From the NCBI RefSeq assembly GCF_030013595.1, contig NZ_CP122768.1: a stretch of DNA of 64,000 bases; one strand, written 5' to 3'. Below are positions 19,911-32,390 of the stretch, piece by piece. Under the pieces are notes generated by a model. That model had not been told where the DNA came from, searched no databases, and worked only from the letters and a program-made list of their open reading frames with translations. Every line of letters begins with the position of its first letter. The first letter of the stretch is position 1. The DNA is from Escherichia coli. GTDB lineage: Bacteria > Pseudomonadota > Gammaproteobacteria > Enterobacterales > Enterobacteriaceae. The translations under genes and the position numbers were made by a program.

Positions 19911-21129
19911 TGGCGTTATCCTTCTGCTTACCGGCTTTACTGCCATCGGAGGGCTTCGTGGTCATGTTCATCGGTGTGAGATAGACATCACCACCGGGAC
20001 GCGGATTCATATCTTCCAGGTCGCGGCAGTCATTGGGAGAGTAAATTCCCCAGTTGATCCCGGTGGCGTAGGCTTCAAAACGGGACTTCATATCCCCGCG
20101 CAGTAACGCCCCGGCGTTAAATTTGGCGTAATAAACACCCTGCTTACTTTTTCGTACCAGTCCGGTGTTGATCCGCTGCTCAATGCGGGTCAGATACGGC
20201 ACCAGTGAATAGTTGATAAATCCGAGCCCCAGCTCTTCGATATTGTTGAAGGTGGCGCGATCGGTGTTCTGCACCATGTGCAATGGCACACGGAACAGAC
20301 GACAAATTTCTTCAAGCTGAAACTTGCGGGTTTCCAGGAACTGGCTGTCCTCTGCGTTCAACGCCATCGACTTCCAGTCCAGCCCCATCTCAAGGATCAT
20401 CGGGCGGTGAGCATTGCCAAGCCCGGTGTGACGCTCCTCAAAATCTTTCTTCAGGCGCTCATAAGCCTGATCCGACAGCGTCTGCTCTGTACGCAACACA
20501 CCCGACGTCACCGCGCCATTGCTGAACAGTCTGGCCCCGTGCTCTTCGGTCGCTGCCGCCAGCGATATTGCCTCGCGGGCATAGGCGATGGGATTCAGCC
20601 CCACCAGTCCGTCCAGCGTCAGCGTGCGCACATGCCAGATATCCTCCTGGCTCAGTACATCCGTGGAGCCATCCGGGAATGTGACCTGATAGATCGGCTC
20701 CCAGCTACTGTTAAGCTTCGGTACCACACAGCCGGGATCGACGGGCAGCAGTTCAGCCACTTCGCCAAATGCTTTCACTTTGTAGGCGTAAAAGTTTCCC
20801 CGCAGGCACAGACAGGTGACCACCAGCTCCCAGAACTCCTGCGGCGTCATATAGTCATTGGGATGCGTGGAGATCAGCTTATGCAGACGTTCGCCAGTGG
20901 CTCTCTGCTTCAGGCTGCCGTTCAGGTGATACAGGTTGCAGGGCAACATCCCGACCGACTCCGCCAGCACCCTGACACAGGAAAAAACCGCCGTCAGTCG
21001 CATGGCCCGCTGGCTGCTGATCTGCTTTCCGGTATAGGTGTCGTAGGACAACCCGATAGCATCCGCCAGCTCTGCTGGCGTGGTCACCGGTGCGTCACTT
21101 TTTCGTTGAAATAATCCCGAAAAGAACAC
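19888..21129 (-). CDS. portal protein
   Basis: 413 aa; between terminase and protease. Confidence 0.9.
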   Translation of the reverse strand: MFFSGLFQRKSDAPVTTPAELADAIGLSYDTYTGKQISSQRAMRLTAVFSCVRVLAESVGMLPCNLYHLNGSLKQRATGERLHKLISTHPNDYMTPQEFWELVVTCLCLRGNFYAYKVKAFGEVAELLPVDPGCVVPKLNSSWEPIYQVTFPDGSTDVLSQEDIWHVRTLTLDGLVGLNPIAYAREAISLAAATEEHGARLFSNGAVTSGVLRTEQTLSDQAYERLKKDFEERHTGLGNAHRPMILEMGLDWKSMALNAEDSQFLETRKFQLEEICRLFRVPLHMVQNTDRATFNNIEELGLGFINYSLVPYLTRIEQRINTGLVRKSKQGVYYAKFNAGALLRGDMKSRFEAYATGINWGIYSPNDCRDLEDMNPRPGGDVYLTPMNMTTKPSDGSKAGKQKDNANADETTS

Positions 21130-21311
21130 TATTTACCTCCGCCGACAGACGACTGTGTACGGTCGAGATATCGCGCCACCAGCCACGACCAGAACAGGCA
21201 CAACGCCCCGGCAACAACAAACCCCGCCGGGGGATAAATCAGCCAGGCACCATACGCCAGCAAAAGCGCCCCCAGCACGCCCACCAGAGGCGCGAGAATC
21301 AGCATGATCAT
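21129..21311 (-). CDS. small two-helix membrane protein
   Basis: 60 aa, two hydrophobic segments; between terminase large subunit and portal. Confidence 0.35.
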
Positions 21312-21322
21312 AATTACCTCAG

Positions 21323-23056
21323 TTAAAGCGAGCGGATCCCATAGGACTCAATGTGGTCAGACAACGTGTCTTCTTTCTCGTACAGCATGGCTCTGCCAAC
21401 CGCCATAATCAGCGCAACTGCACCATCGATTTTGTTTTCCGCCTGCTCTTTGACGGGCTTCACCACATCATCGTTACCCGGAATGGTTTTGCCGACCACG
21501 TTGCCGATACACCAGGTCATGATGGGATTGCCATCATGATGAAAGCGCCCCGATTCAATTGCCGCTTCCAGCTCTTTCATCGGGTCGGACATGTTGGTGT
21601 AGTTCTGAATGATAGTGATGGGGTTCAGGTCTTCATCAGCCAGGTCATGTGACAGCCCGGTCGCCCCGAAGGGGTCGATGGGTGACTCACTGACCGGGCT
21701 GATTTTGTTCGCCGCTTTGGCCTCCTCGAGGATGTAGCGATAATCCACCTCCGCACCATCGGTAACGGTCAGAACGCCCATTACCACCCATTTCTGAAAG
21801 CGTTCGGCTGTCCGTCGATCTTCATTTTTCTCGACACTGTACACCGTGTCATACGGTACCCAGAAACGCGGGGCCACACTGTAGTAATGCGTTTTACCGT
21901 CAATCTCGCGGGTATAAAGTCGCGCCATGCTGTTCATATCCAGCTTACGCGCCAGGTCAAAGGCCAGAATGCACGGCTGCCCCTCGAACTGCTCAAGGGT
22001 CAGTGATTTATCCTCGCAGCTCTGCCAGCTCACCAGGTTGAAATACGCCGAACGCGCCGACACCCAGATATTGAGGTGCTTTGTTTTAAAGACGTTTGCC
22101 AGACGGGCGTTATTTTTCGCACGCTGCTGCTGACTTAACAAAAATTCGCGATAAACCGACACGCCAATATTCGGGTTAGCTTTTTCCAGCACCTGCGGGT
22201 CGGTCCAGTCATCGCCTTCGTCAACGGTATAGATGATCCCGAACAGTTCATCGTTGGGTACCGACCCGTTGAGCATCTCGATAACTTCCCGCCGCTTGTC
22301 GTAGCACGGCCCCTCAATGTTGTACCCGGCAGTAGTAATGGCCCACATCAGTGGCTGACGTCGCGCCCCCATCCCGGTAAGCATCGTGGTGTAAAGCGCA
22401 TCGGTGGCGTGCTCGTGATATTCATCCACCACCGCACAGTGGGGTGATGATCCATCACCGGGGTTACCGATCAGCGGTTCAAACCGCGCGCCATCCTCCG
22501 GACGGTTCATGTTTGAGGCGTTAACCTCAATCCCGAACGCTTCCGTCAGCATGGGCGTGCGTTTACACATCAGTCGCGCCGGGCGAAAGACTTCCCACGC
22601 CTGTTTCTCTGTCGTGGCACCGGAATACACTTCCGCGCCAAACTCGTTATCACAGGCAAAACAATACAGGGCAACACCGGCAGAGATTGCTGATTTGCCG
22701 TTCTTACGGGGGATTTCGGTATACACCTCCCGGAAGCGGCGCAACCGGGTGCCTTTATTGACCCAGCCAAACGCACAGCAGATCACAAAGAGCTGCCACG
22801 GCTCCAGCGTGATGGGCATCCTCTTGAATGCCCACTCACCCTTGGTGTGCGGCAACAGCTGAATAAATTTGGCGGCCCGTTCAGCCAGGTCCTTGTCGAA
22901 GCGGTAACGAAACGACTTACTTTTTTCCGCCATCAGGTCATCAAGATGGCGCTGGCAGGCCTGAATCACAAACTGGCAGGCCACAATCTTTCCGCGAACG
23001 ACATCCCGGGCATACTGATTGGCAGCATTTACGTTGGGGTAAGATTTCCGGCTCAT
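21323..23056 (-). CDS. terminase large subunit
   Basis: 577 aa; ATPase-nuclease family resemblance. Confidence 0.9.
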
Positions 23057-23556
23057 GATTCGATGATTTTCAGAAACGGGTTAGTAGCTTTCTTCTGCCC
23101 CGCCAGGCCAATCAGACGCTGGCGGCTGCTGGGGTCGAGTCCGAGCATTGCCCCCGTGCTGCTCATCTCGGACTCCTGTTCTTTTTTGGCGGTCAGCTCA
23201 GGATTTTTGACCATACCGCCCATTGCACCGGTGATGGTGTTGCCCTGTCTGGCAATATTTTTCACGGCACGTCGCCAGAACTCATAGGCCACACACCACC
23301 GCTCAAGCACCGCGAGGTCAGTCACGCACAGCAGGCCCTGACCGCAAAGTTCTTTAGTTGTCAGTTGCCACATGATCGTGGCGAGAGGGAGATCTTCTTC
23401 AGCGAACCACTCCGGTGGCTCAACACCTTTGATGGGCGTAAAAACAGGTTCATCTTTATTCAGGGCTCGCTTGCCGGGGTTTCCGGCCAGCGCCTTGCGC
23501 GCCGTTGGCTTGGGGCGACGCCCGGAACGCCCCGCCGTTCCAGCCATATGCGGCAC
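23053..23556 (-). CDS. terminase small subunit (P27 family)
   Basis: 167 aa; 4-nt overlap with large subunit. Confidence 0.8.
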   Translation of the reverse strand: MPHMAGTAGRSGRRPKPTARKALAGNPGKRALNKDEPVFTPIKGVEPPEWFAEEDLPLATIMWQLTTKELCGQGLLCVTDLAVLERWCVAYEFWRRAVKNIARQGNTITGAMGGMVKNPELTAKKEQESEMSSTGAMLGLDPSSRQRLIGLAGQKKATNPFLKIIES

Positions 23557-23672
23557 TCCTGGTTAAATTTCATTTTTCGCGGGTATAAAAAAACGATGGG
23601 GCGGGCAGTCCGGAAGACGTCAGGTCACAGAGATTTGACCCGCCCCTCCCCTCAGACAGTTGAGAATTATTA

Positions 23673-24023
23673 TCACTTTAGCCGTTCACGGGCCGTCTTC
23701 GCCTTATGGCACGGCCAGCACAGGCTCTGCAGATTACTGTCTGCATCGGTGCCGCCATGCGCTTTAGGGATGATGTGGTCAACGGTTTTCGCCTCACGCA
23801 CCACACCAGCACGCAGACATAACTGACACAGGCCTTTGTCACGCTTCAATATGCGCGCGCGGATACTGTCCCACTTCGAACCGTAGCCGCGCTGATGACG
23901 GGATTGCCCCGGCTTGTATTGTTTCCAGCCTTCGTTTTTGTGGCTTTCGCAGTAGCCTGACGGGTCTGTAGTGGTATTACGGCAGCCGCGAACGCGGCAG
24001 GCTTTTGGGATTCGTGATGGCAT
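23673..24023 (-). CDS. HNH endonuclease (packaging-associated)
   Basis: HNH motif DHIIPKAHGGTDADSNLQSLCWPCHKAKT plus Cys-rich zinc ribbon; ATG 24021-24023 with GGAG 5 nt upstream. Confidence 0.85.
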   Translation of the reverse strand: MPSRIPKACRVRGCRNTTTDPSGYCESHKNEGWKQYKPGQSRHQRGYGSKWDSIRARILKRDKGLCQLCLRAGVVREAKTVDHIIPKAHGGTDADSNLQSLCWPCHKAKTARERLK

Positions 24024-24149
24024 ATGTACTCCAATGAAGAAGCCACCGACATAGCCTCCTCCATTCATCGTGAAACTATTTTCATCTACGCAGTCATGAA
24101 TTCTTTGTAGAGTTGTGATCAATACAACTCACTAATGGAGAGGCTTGTC

Positions 24150-24171
24150 CAACACGTTGGACAAGTTTCCT
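24150..24171. repeat. perfect 10-bp inverted repeat with 2-bp spacer (CTTGTCCAAC-AC-GTTGGACAAG), then T-rich tract
   Basis: Read directly; could be an operator or an orphan + strand terminator. Confidence 0.4.
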
Positions 24172-24246
24172 GTTTGATTTACTGGACACTATAGAAGGAC
24201 AGAATGCCTTCCTCACTCGAATAACATTAATTAAGGAGGTTCAACA

Positions 24247-25575
24247 CTGATGAATCCCCTAATGATTTTGGTAAAAATCATTAAGTTAAGGTGGATACAC
24301 ATCTTGTCATATGATCAAATGGTTTCGCGAAAAATCAATAATCAGACAACAAGATGTGCGAACTCGATATTTTACACGACTCTCTTTACCAATTCTGCCC
24401 CGAATTACACTTAAAACGACTCAACAGCTTAACGTTGGCTTGCCACGCATTACTTGACTGTAAAACTCTCACTCTTACCGAACTTGGCCGTAACCTGCCA
24501 ACCAAAGCGAGAACAAAACATAACATCAAACGAATCGACCGATTGTTAGGTAATCGTCACCTCCACAAAGAGCGACTCGCTGTATACCGTTGGCATGCTA
24601 GCTTTATCTGTTCGGGCAATACGATGCCCATTGTACTTGTTGACTGGTCTGATATTCGTGAGCAAAAACGACTTATGGTATTGCGAGCTTCAGTCGCACT
24701 ACACGGTCGTTCTGTTACTCTTTATGAGAAAGCGTTCCCGCTTTCAGAGCAATGTTCAAAGAAAGCTCATGACCAATTTCTAGCCGACCTTGCGAGCATT
24801 CTACCGAGTAACACCACACCGCTCATTGTCAGTGATGCTGGCTTTAAAGTGCCATGGTATAAATCCGTTGAGAAGCTGGGTTGGTACTGGTTAAGTCGAG
24901 TAAGAGGAAAAGTACAATATGCAGACCTAGGAGCGGAAAACTGGAAACCTATCAGCAACTTACATGATATGTCATCTAGTCACTCAAAGACTTTAGGCTA
25001 TAAGAGGCTGACTAAAAGCAATCCAATCTCATGCCAAATTCTATTGTATAAATCTCGCTCTAAAGGCCGAAAAAATCAGCGCTCGACACGGACTCATTGT
25101 CACCACCCGTCACCTAAAATCTACTCAGCGTCGGCAAAGGAGCCATGGGTTCTAGCAACTAACTTACCTGTTGAAATTCGAACACCCAAACAACTTGTTA
25201 ATATCTATTCGAAGCGAATGCAGATTGAAGAAACCTTCCGAGACTTGAAAAGTCCTGCCTACGGACTAGGCCTACGCCATAGCCGAACGAGCAGCTCAGA
25301 GCGTTTTGATATCATGCTGCTAATCGCCCTGATGCTTCAACTAACATGTTGGCTTGCGGGCGTTCATGCTCAGAAACAAGGTTGGGACAAGCACTTCCAG
25401 GCTAACACAGTCAGAAATCGAAACGTACTCTCAACAGTTCGCTTAGGCATGGAAGTTTTGCGGCATTCTGGCTACACAATAACAAGGGAAGACTTACTCG
25501 TGGCTGCAACCCTACTAGCTCAAAATTTATTCACACATGGTTACGCTTTGGGGAAATTATGAGGGGATCTCTCAG
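24247..25575 (+). mobile_element. IS10, complete 1329-bp copy
   Basis: Outside end CTGATGAATCCCCTAATGATTTTGG at 24247, inside end CTGAGAGATCCCCTCA (reverse complement) at 25560-25575; flanks GGTTCAACA and TATTAAGCG differ, so no 9-bp duplication. Confidence 0.95.
24354..25562 (+). CDS. IS10 transposase
   Basis: 402 aa beginning MCELDILHDSLYQFCPELHLKRLNS, matches recalled IS10 transposase over its length. Confidence 0.97.
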   Translation: MCELDILHDSLYQFCPELHLKRLNSLTLACHALLDCKTLTLTELGRNLPTKARTKHNIKRIDRLLGNRHLHKERLAVYRWHASFICSGNTMPIVLVDWSDIREQKRLMVLRASVALHGRSVTLYEKAFPLSEQCSKKAHDQFLADLASILPSNTTPLIVSDAGFKVPWYKSVEKLGWYWLSRVRGKVQYADLGAENWKPISNLHDMSSSHSKTLGYKRLTKSNPISCQILLYKSRSKGRKNQRSTRTHCHHPSPKIYSASAKEPWVLATNLPVEIRTPKQLVNIYSKRMQIEETFRDLKSPAYGLGLRHSRTSSSERFDIMLLIALMLQLTCWLAGVHAQKQGWDKHFQANTVRNRNVLSTVRLGMEVLRHSGYTITREDLLVAATLLAQNLFTHGYALGKL

Positions 25576-25604
25576 TATTAAGCGTCAATGAGCGTCTGGA
25601 AAGA

Positions 25605-26519
25605 ATGAAAGGCAGGCGCTCAGACATTACGGTGACAGAATGGCTTGATAAATATATTTCTATCCAGGAGGACAGGCTGCAACATAATGAACTAAGACCC
25701 AACTCCTATCGGCAAAAAGGCAAACCCATTCGTCTTTTCCGTGAGCATTGTGGAATGCAACACCTCAAGGATATTACCGCACTTGATATTGCCGAAATAA
25801 TTGATGCTGTAAAGGCTGAAGGTCATAACAGGATGGCGCAAGTCGTGAGAATGGTGTTGATCGACGTCTTCAAAGAAGCACAACACGCAGGACATGTTCC
25901 GCCAGGATTTAACCCAGCGCAGGCAACAAAACAACCGCGAAATCGAGTAAACCGCCAAAGATTGTCACTGCCCGAATGGCAGGCAATATTTGAAAGCGTA
26001 AGCAGACGGCAGCCCTATTTAAAATGCGGCATGCTACTTGCTCTTGTTACTGGACAACGTTTAGGCGATATCTGCAATTTGAAATTCTCTGATATATGGG
26101 ACGACATGTTGCACATTACTCAGGAAAAAACCGGTTCAAAACTTGCTATTCCGCTTAACCTGAAATGCGATGCTCTGAATATTACCCTTCGTGAAGTTAT
26201 ATCTCAGTGCAGGGATGCTGTTGTTAGTAAATATCTGGTCCATTACCGTCACACTACCTCTCAAGCAAACAGAGGAGACCAGGTTTCTGCAAATACTCTG
26301 ACAACGGCTTTTAAAAAGGCCCGGGAAAAATGTGGCATAAAATGGGAGCAAGGAACTGCGCCCACATTTCATGAGCAGCGATCTCTGTCAGAACGGTTAT
26401 ATCGGGAACAGGGTCTGGATACGCAAAAGTTGTTAGGCCATAAATCCAGAAAAATGACCGACCGATACAATGATGATCGTGGTAAAGACTGGATTATCGT
26501 AGATATCAAAACAGCATAG
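25605..26519 (+). pseudogene. lambda-family tyrosine integrase lacking the N-terminal arm-binding domain
   Basis: 304 aa aligning to lambda Int from about residue 65; catalytic motifs (HxxR, LLGH, DRY) intact; frame closes at a stop inside the IS10 end. Confidence 0.8.
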
Positions 26520-26529
26520 AAAATAGCCA

Positions 26530-26565
26530 GTTTTGGGGAAGGGTTTTGGGGAAAGTTTTGGGGAA
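26530..26565 (+). promoter_or_regulatory. three direct 11-bp repeats GTTTTGGGGAA (candidate integrase arm-type sites)
   Basis: Copies at 26530, 26543, 26555 between int stop and icd stop. Confidence 0.4.
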
Positions 26566-26580
26566 GATTTTACATCATCA

Positions 26581-26609
26581 TAAAACAACGGGCGTGTTAT
26601 ACGCCCGTT
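26581..26609 (-). terminator. icd transcription terminator
   Basis: 9-bp stem AACGGGCGT/ACGCCCGTT, 5-nt loop, U-rich tail on minus strand just after icd stop. Confidence 0.6.
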
Positions 26610-26632
26610 TCAATATTTAACACATGTAGAGA

Positions 26633-27883
26633 TTACATGTTCTTGATGATTGCATCACCAAACTCGCTGCATTTCAGCAGTTTAGCACCTTCCATCAGAC
26701 GTTCGAAGTCATAGGTTACGGTCTTGGCGTTGATTGCGCCTTCCATACCTTTAACAATCAAGTCTGCGGCTTCAGTCCAGCCCATATGGCGCAGCATCAT
26801 CTCAGCGGAGAGAATAATAGAGCCTGGGTTTACTTTGTCCTGACCGGCATATTTCGGCGCAGTACCGTGGGTGGCTTCAAACAGGGCGCATTCGTCACCG
26901 ATGTTTGCGCCTGGGGCGATACCGATACCGCCGACCTGTGCAGCCAGAGCGTCAGAAATGTAGTCACCGTTCAGGTTCATACAGGCGATAACATCATATT
27001 CAGCCGGACGCAGCAGGATCTGTTGCAGGAATGCGTCAGCAATCACGTCTTTAATGACGATCTCTTTGCCGGTATTCGGGTTTTTAACTTTCAGCCACGG
27101 GCCGCCGTCGATCAGTTCACCGCCAAACTCTTCACGCGCCAGCTGGTAGCCCCAGTCTTTAAACGCGCCTTCGGTGAACTTCATGATGTTGCCTTTGTGC
27201 ACCAGGGTCACAGAGTCACGATCGTTAGCAATTGCGTATTCGATCGCTGCACGAACCAGACGTTTGGTGCCTTCTTCCGAACACGGCTTAATACCGATAC
27301 CGCAATGTTCCGGGAAGCGAATTTTCTTCACGCCCATCTCTTCACGCAGGAATTTAATCACTTTCTCGGCGTCGGCAGAGTCAGCTTTCCATTCGATACC
27401 CGCATAAATGTCTTCCGAGTTTTCACGGAAGATAACCATATCGGTCAGTTCAGGGTGTTTAACCGGGCTTGGAGTGCCCTGATAGTAACGTACCGGACGC
27501 AGGCAGATGTAGAGATCCAGTTCCTGACGCAGGGCAACGTTCAGAGAGCGAATACCGCCACCAACCGGAGTGGTCAGCGGACCTTTAATGGCAACGCGAT
27601 ATTCACGAATCAGATCAAGGGTTTCAGCAGGCAGCCAGACATCCTGACCATAAACCTGTGTGGATTTTTCACCGGTGTAAATTTCCATCCAGGAGATTTT
27701 ACGCTCGCCTTTATAGGCTTTCTCGACTGCAGCGTCGACCACTTTCAGCATGGCTGGGGTTACATCTACACCGATTCCATCACCTTCAATGTAAGGGATA
27801 ATCGGATTTTCAGGAACGTTGAGTTTGCCGTTTTGCAGGGTGATCTTCTTGCCTTGTGCCGGAACAACTACTTTACTTTCCAT
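26633..27883 (-). CDS. icd: isocitrate dehydrogenase (NADP)
   Basis: 416 aa, [45 protein letters not shown]; full-length match to recalled E. coli Icd. Confidence 0.97.
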   Translation of the reverse strand: MESKVVVPAQGKKITLQNGKLNVPENPIIPYIEGDGIGVDVTPAMLKVVDAAVEKAYKGERKISWMEIYTGEKSTQVYGQDVWLPAETLDLIREYRVAIKGPLTTPVGGGIRSLNVALRQELDLYICLRPVRYYQGTPSPVKHPELTDMVIFRENSEDIYAGIEWKADSADAEKVIKFLREEMGVKKIRFPEHCGIGIKPCSEEGTKRLVRAAIEYAIANDRDSVTLVHKGNIMKFTEGAFKDWGYQLAREEFGGELIDGGPWLKVKNPNTGKEIVIKDVIADAFLQQILLRPAEYDVIACMNLNGDYISDALAAQVGGIGIAPGANIGDECALFEATHGTAPKYAGQDKVNPGSIILSAEMMLRHMGWTEAADLIVKGMEGAINAKTVTYDFERLMEGAKLLKCSEFGDAIIKNM

Positions 27884-28054
27884 TCACCTCTCCTTCGAGC
27901 GCTACTGGTTTGCTCGTCTGCCACCACGTTGCATATGCGTTTGCGTCCTGCGATACGGATGCTTTAGAGCAATTTTTTGTTAATGATTTGTAATTGGCTT
28001 GTCAATACTACCCTATTGTTTGCCGTCATGAAAGATGCGCGTTATTAGGCTATA

Positions 28055-28708
28055 ATGCGGCAATTCATAATCTCTGAAAATACCATGCAAAAAACTTCTT
28101 TTAGAAATCACCAGGTTAAGCGATTCAGCTCGCAACGTTCTACCAGGCGTAAACCTGAAAACCAGCCCACGCGTGTGATCCTGTTCAATAAACCCTACGA
28201 TGTTCTTCCGCAGTTCACCGATGAAGCCGGACGCAAAACATTAAAAGAATTCATCCCGGTTCAGGGCGTTTATGCAGCAGGTCGTCTTGACCGCGATAGC
28301 GAAGGGTTACTGGTGCTGACCAATAACGGCGCGTTGCAGGCGCGTTTAACCCAGCCGGGTAAACGCACCGGAAAAATCTATTATGTGCAGGTGGAAGGTA
28401 TTCCCACACAAGACGCACTTGAAGCCTTGCGCAATGGCGTAACCTTAAATGATGGCCCTACCCTGCCCGCAGGCGTAGAGCTGGTTGACGAACCCGCGTG
28501 GTTATGGCCGCGGAATCCACCAATTCGTGAACGCAAAAGTATTCCCACCAGCTGGCTGAAGATCACCTTATATGAAGGACGTAATCGCCAGGTGCGCCGC
28601 ATGACCGCCCATGTTGGTTTCCCCACGCTGCGACTGATTCGCTATGCGATGGGTGATTACTCTTTGGATAATCTTGCCAACGGCGAATGGCGAGAAGCGA
28701 CAGATTAA
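28055..28708 (+). CDS. rluE: 23S rRNA pseudouridine synthase E
   Basis: 217 aa; sequence and synteny next to icd. Confidence 0.9.
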   Translation: MRQFIISENTMQKTSFRNHQVKRFSSQRSTRRKPENQPTRVILFNKPYDVLPQFTDEAGRKTLKEFIPVQGVYAAGRLDRDSEGLLVLTNNGALQARLTQPGKRTGKIYYVQVEGIPTQDALEALRNGVTLNDGPTLPAGVELVDEPAWLWPRNPPIRERKSIPTSWLKITLYEGRNRQVRRMTAHVGFPTLRLIRYAMGDYSLDNLANGEWREATD

Positions 28709-28717
28709 GGACGCAAA

Positions 28718-29179
28718 ATGTTTAAACCGCACGTTACCGTTGCTTGCGTGGTGCACGCAGAAGGCAAATTTTTAGTCGTTGAAGAGACGATTAATGGTAA
28801 AGCGTTATGGAACCAACCTGCCGGGCATCTGGAAGCCGATGAAACCTTAGTGGAAGCCGCCGCCCGTGAGCTGTGGGAAGAAACCGGCATCAGCGCGCAA
28901 CCGCAACACTTTATTCGTATGCATCAGTGGATTGCGCCAGATAAAACGCCGTTTTTGCGTTTCCTGTTTGCTATTGAGCTTGAGCAAATATGCCCGACCC
29001 AGCCTCATGACAGCGATATCGACTGCTGCCGTTGGGTTAGCGCCGAAGAAATTTTACAGGCGTCAAATCTTCGTTCGCCACTGGTGGCGGAAAGTATTCG
29101 TTGTTATCAAAGCGGGCAACGCTATCCGCTAGAGATGATTGGCGATTTTAACTGGCCTTTTACAAAGGGTGTCATCTAA
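28718..29179 (+). CDS. nudJ: Nudix phosphatase NudJ
   Basis: 153 aa with Nudix box; synteny. Confidence 0.9.
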
Positions 29180-29232
29180 AAGGCTGCGTGATAGAATACG
29201 CCGCCTTGAAGTTCAATGTCGTGAGTGATCCA

Positions 29233-30339
29233 ATGTCTGAAACCGCAAAAAAAGTAATCGTCGGCATGTCCGGCGGTGTCGATTCCTCCGTTTCTGCCTG
29301 GCTGTTGCAACAACAGGGATATCAGGTCGAAGGCCTGTTTATGAAGAACTGGGAAGAAGACGACGGTGAGGAATATTGCACAGCGGCAGCGGATCTGGCT
29401 GATGCCCAGGCTGTCTGCGACAAGCTCGGCATTGAACTGCACACCGTTAACTTTGCTGCCGAGTACTGGGACAACGTCTTCGAACTGTTCCTTGCCGAAT
29501 ATAAAGCCGGTCGCACGCCGAATCCGGATATTCTGTGCAACAAAGAGATCAAATTTAAAGCCTTCCTCGAATTTGCCGCTGAAGATTTAGGTGCCGATTA
29601 TATCGCTACCGGTCATTACGTACGTCGGGCAGATGTCGATGGCAAGAGCCGCCTGCTGCGTGGTCTGGACAGCAATAAAGACCAGAGCTACTTCCTTTAT
29701 ACGCTCAGCCATGAGCAGATTGCGCAAAGCCTGTTCCCGGTCGGCGAACTGGAAAAACCGCAGGTGCGTAAGATTGCTGAAGATCTCGGTCTGGTCACCG
29801 CGAAGAAAAAAGACTCTACCGGCATTTGCTTCATTGGCGAGCGTAAATTCCGCGAGTTCCTGGGCCGTTATCTCCCGGCGCAACCGGGCAAAATCATTAC
29901 CGTCGATGGCGATGAAATTGGTGAGCACCAGGGGCTGATGTATCACACCCTCGGTCAGCGTAAAGGTCTGGGTATCGGTGGCACCAAAGACGGCACCGAA
30001 GAACCGTGGTATGTGGTCGATAAAGACGTCGAAAACAACATTCTGATTGTTGCGCAGGGCCATGAACACCCGCGTCTGATGTCTGTCGGTCTGATTGCCC
30101 AGCAGCTGCACTGGGTCGATCGCGAGCCGTTCACCGGTACTATGCGTTGCACAGTAAAAACCCGCTATCGCCAGACCGAGATCCCGTGCACCGTCAAGGC
30201 GCTGGACGATGATCGCATTGAAGTGATTTTCGATGAGCCGGTTGCCGCCGTGACGCCGGGCCAGTCTGCCGTTTTCTATAACGGTGAAGTGTGCCTCGGT
30301 GGCGGTATTATTGAGCAGCGTCTGCCGCTGCCGGTCTGA
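29233..30339 (+). CDS. mnmA: tRNA-specific 2-thiouridylase
   Basis: ATG at 29233 ([22 protein letters not shown]-loop) gives 368 aa; track ORF has 15 extra codons. Confidence 0.92.
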   Translation: MSETAKKVIVGMSGGVDSSVSAWLLQQQGYQVEGLFMKNWEEDDGEEYCTAAADLADAQAVCDKLGIELHTVNFAAEYWDNVFELFLAEYKAGRTPNPDILCNKEIKFKAFLEFAAEDLGADYIATGHYVRRADVDGKSRLLRGLDSNKDQSYFLYTLSHEQIAQSLFPVGELEKPQVRKIAEDLGLVTAKKKDSTGICFIGERKFREFLGRYLPAQPGKIITVDGDEIGEHQGLMYHTLGQRKGLGIGGTKDGTEEPWYVVDKDVENNILIVAQGHEHPRLMSVGLIAQQLHWVDREPFTGTMRCTVKTRYRQTEIPCTVKALDDDRIEVIFDEPVAAVTPGQSAVFYNGEVCLGGGIIEQRLPLPV

Positions 30340-30374
30340 TTATTATCTTTACTTAAAACAAGGAAGCAGTGAAC

Positions 30375-31016
30375 GTGGCAAAGAATTACTATGACATCAC
30401 CCTCGCCCTAGCCGGTATTTGTCAGTCGGCACGCCTGGTGCAACAACTCGCTCACCAGGGGCATTGTGATGCCGATGCGCTACACGTCTCACTCAACAGT
30501 ATTATTGATATGAACCCCAGCTCGACGCTGGCGGTTTTTGGCGGCAGCGAAGCCAACCTGCGCGTCGGGCTGGAAACCTTGCTCGGCGTGCTCAATGCCA
30601 GCAGTCGCCAGGGCTTAAACGCTGAGTTAACCCGCTACACACTCAGCCTGATGGTGCTTGAGCGCAAACTCTCCTCAGCGAAAGGTGCGCTCGACACTCT
30701 GGGCAACCGGATCAACGGCCTGCAACGCCAGCTCGAACACTTCGATTTACAGTCCGAAACGCTGATGAGCGCGATGGCTGCTATCTATGTTGATGTGATT
30801 AGCCCGCTTGGCCCGCGCATTCAGGTAACCGGTTCCCCTGCTGTACTGCAAAGCCCACAAGTGCAGGCGAAAGTTCGCGCAACCCTGCTGGCAGGCATTC
30901 GCGCCGCCGTGCTCTGGCACCAGGTTGGCGGCGGACGTCTGCAACTGATGTTTTCTCGTAATCGCCTGACCACTCAGGCAAAACAAATTCTTGCTCATTT
31001 AACCCCGGAGTTGTGA
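30375..31016 (+). CDS. hflD: high-frequency lysogenization protein HflD
   Basis: GTG start at 30375 gives [21 protein letters not shown], 213 aa. Confidence 0.9.
   Translation: MAKNYYDITLALAGICQSARLVQQLAHQGHCDADALHVSLNSIIDMNPSSTLAVFGGSEANLRVGLETLLGVLNASSRQGLNAELTRYTLSLMVLERKLSSAKGALDTLGNRINGLQRQLEHFDLQSETLMSAMAAIYVDVISPLGPRIQVTGSPAVLQSPQVQAKVRATLLAGIRAAVLWHQVGGGRLQLMFSRNRLTTQAKQILAHLTPEL

Positions 31017-32390
<1,374 letters not shown>

Noticed and set aside
20278-21114. 278-aa + strand ORF inside the portal gene of prophage A
   Set aside because: Antisense to a well-supported portal ORF; His/Gln/Arg-rich low-complexity translation.
24250-24426. 58-codon ORF starting at the ATG inside the IS10 outside end, downstream of the TAAGGAGGT sequence
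   Set aside because: It reads through the IS10 terminal repeat and 5' untranslated region in a frame that clashes with the transposase start; the RBS-like sequence is more likely a relic of the disrupted gene.
26530-26565. GTTTTGGGGAA repeats as a possible CRISPR array
   Set aside because: Only three 11-bp copies with 1-2 bp spacers and no cas genes; better explained as integrase arm-type sites.
26786-27967. 393-aa + strand ORF covering the icd locus
   Set aside because: Entirely antisense to icd, which matches recalled Icd over its full length; biased composition (Phe/Arg/Val-rich) typical of an antisense artefact.
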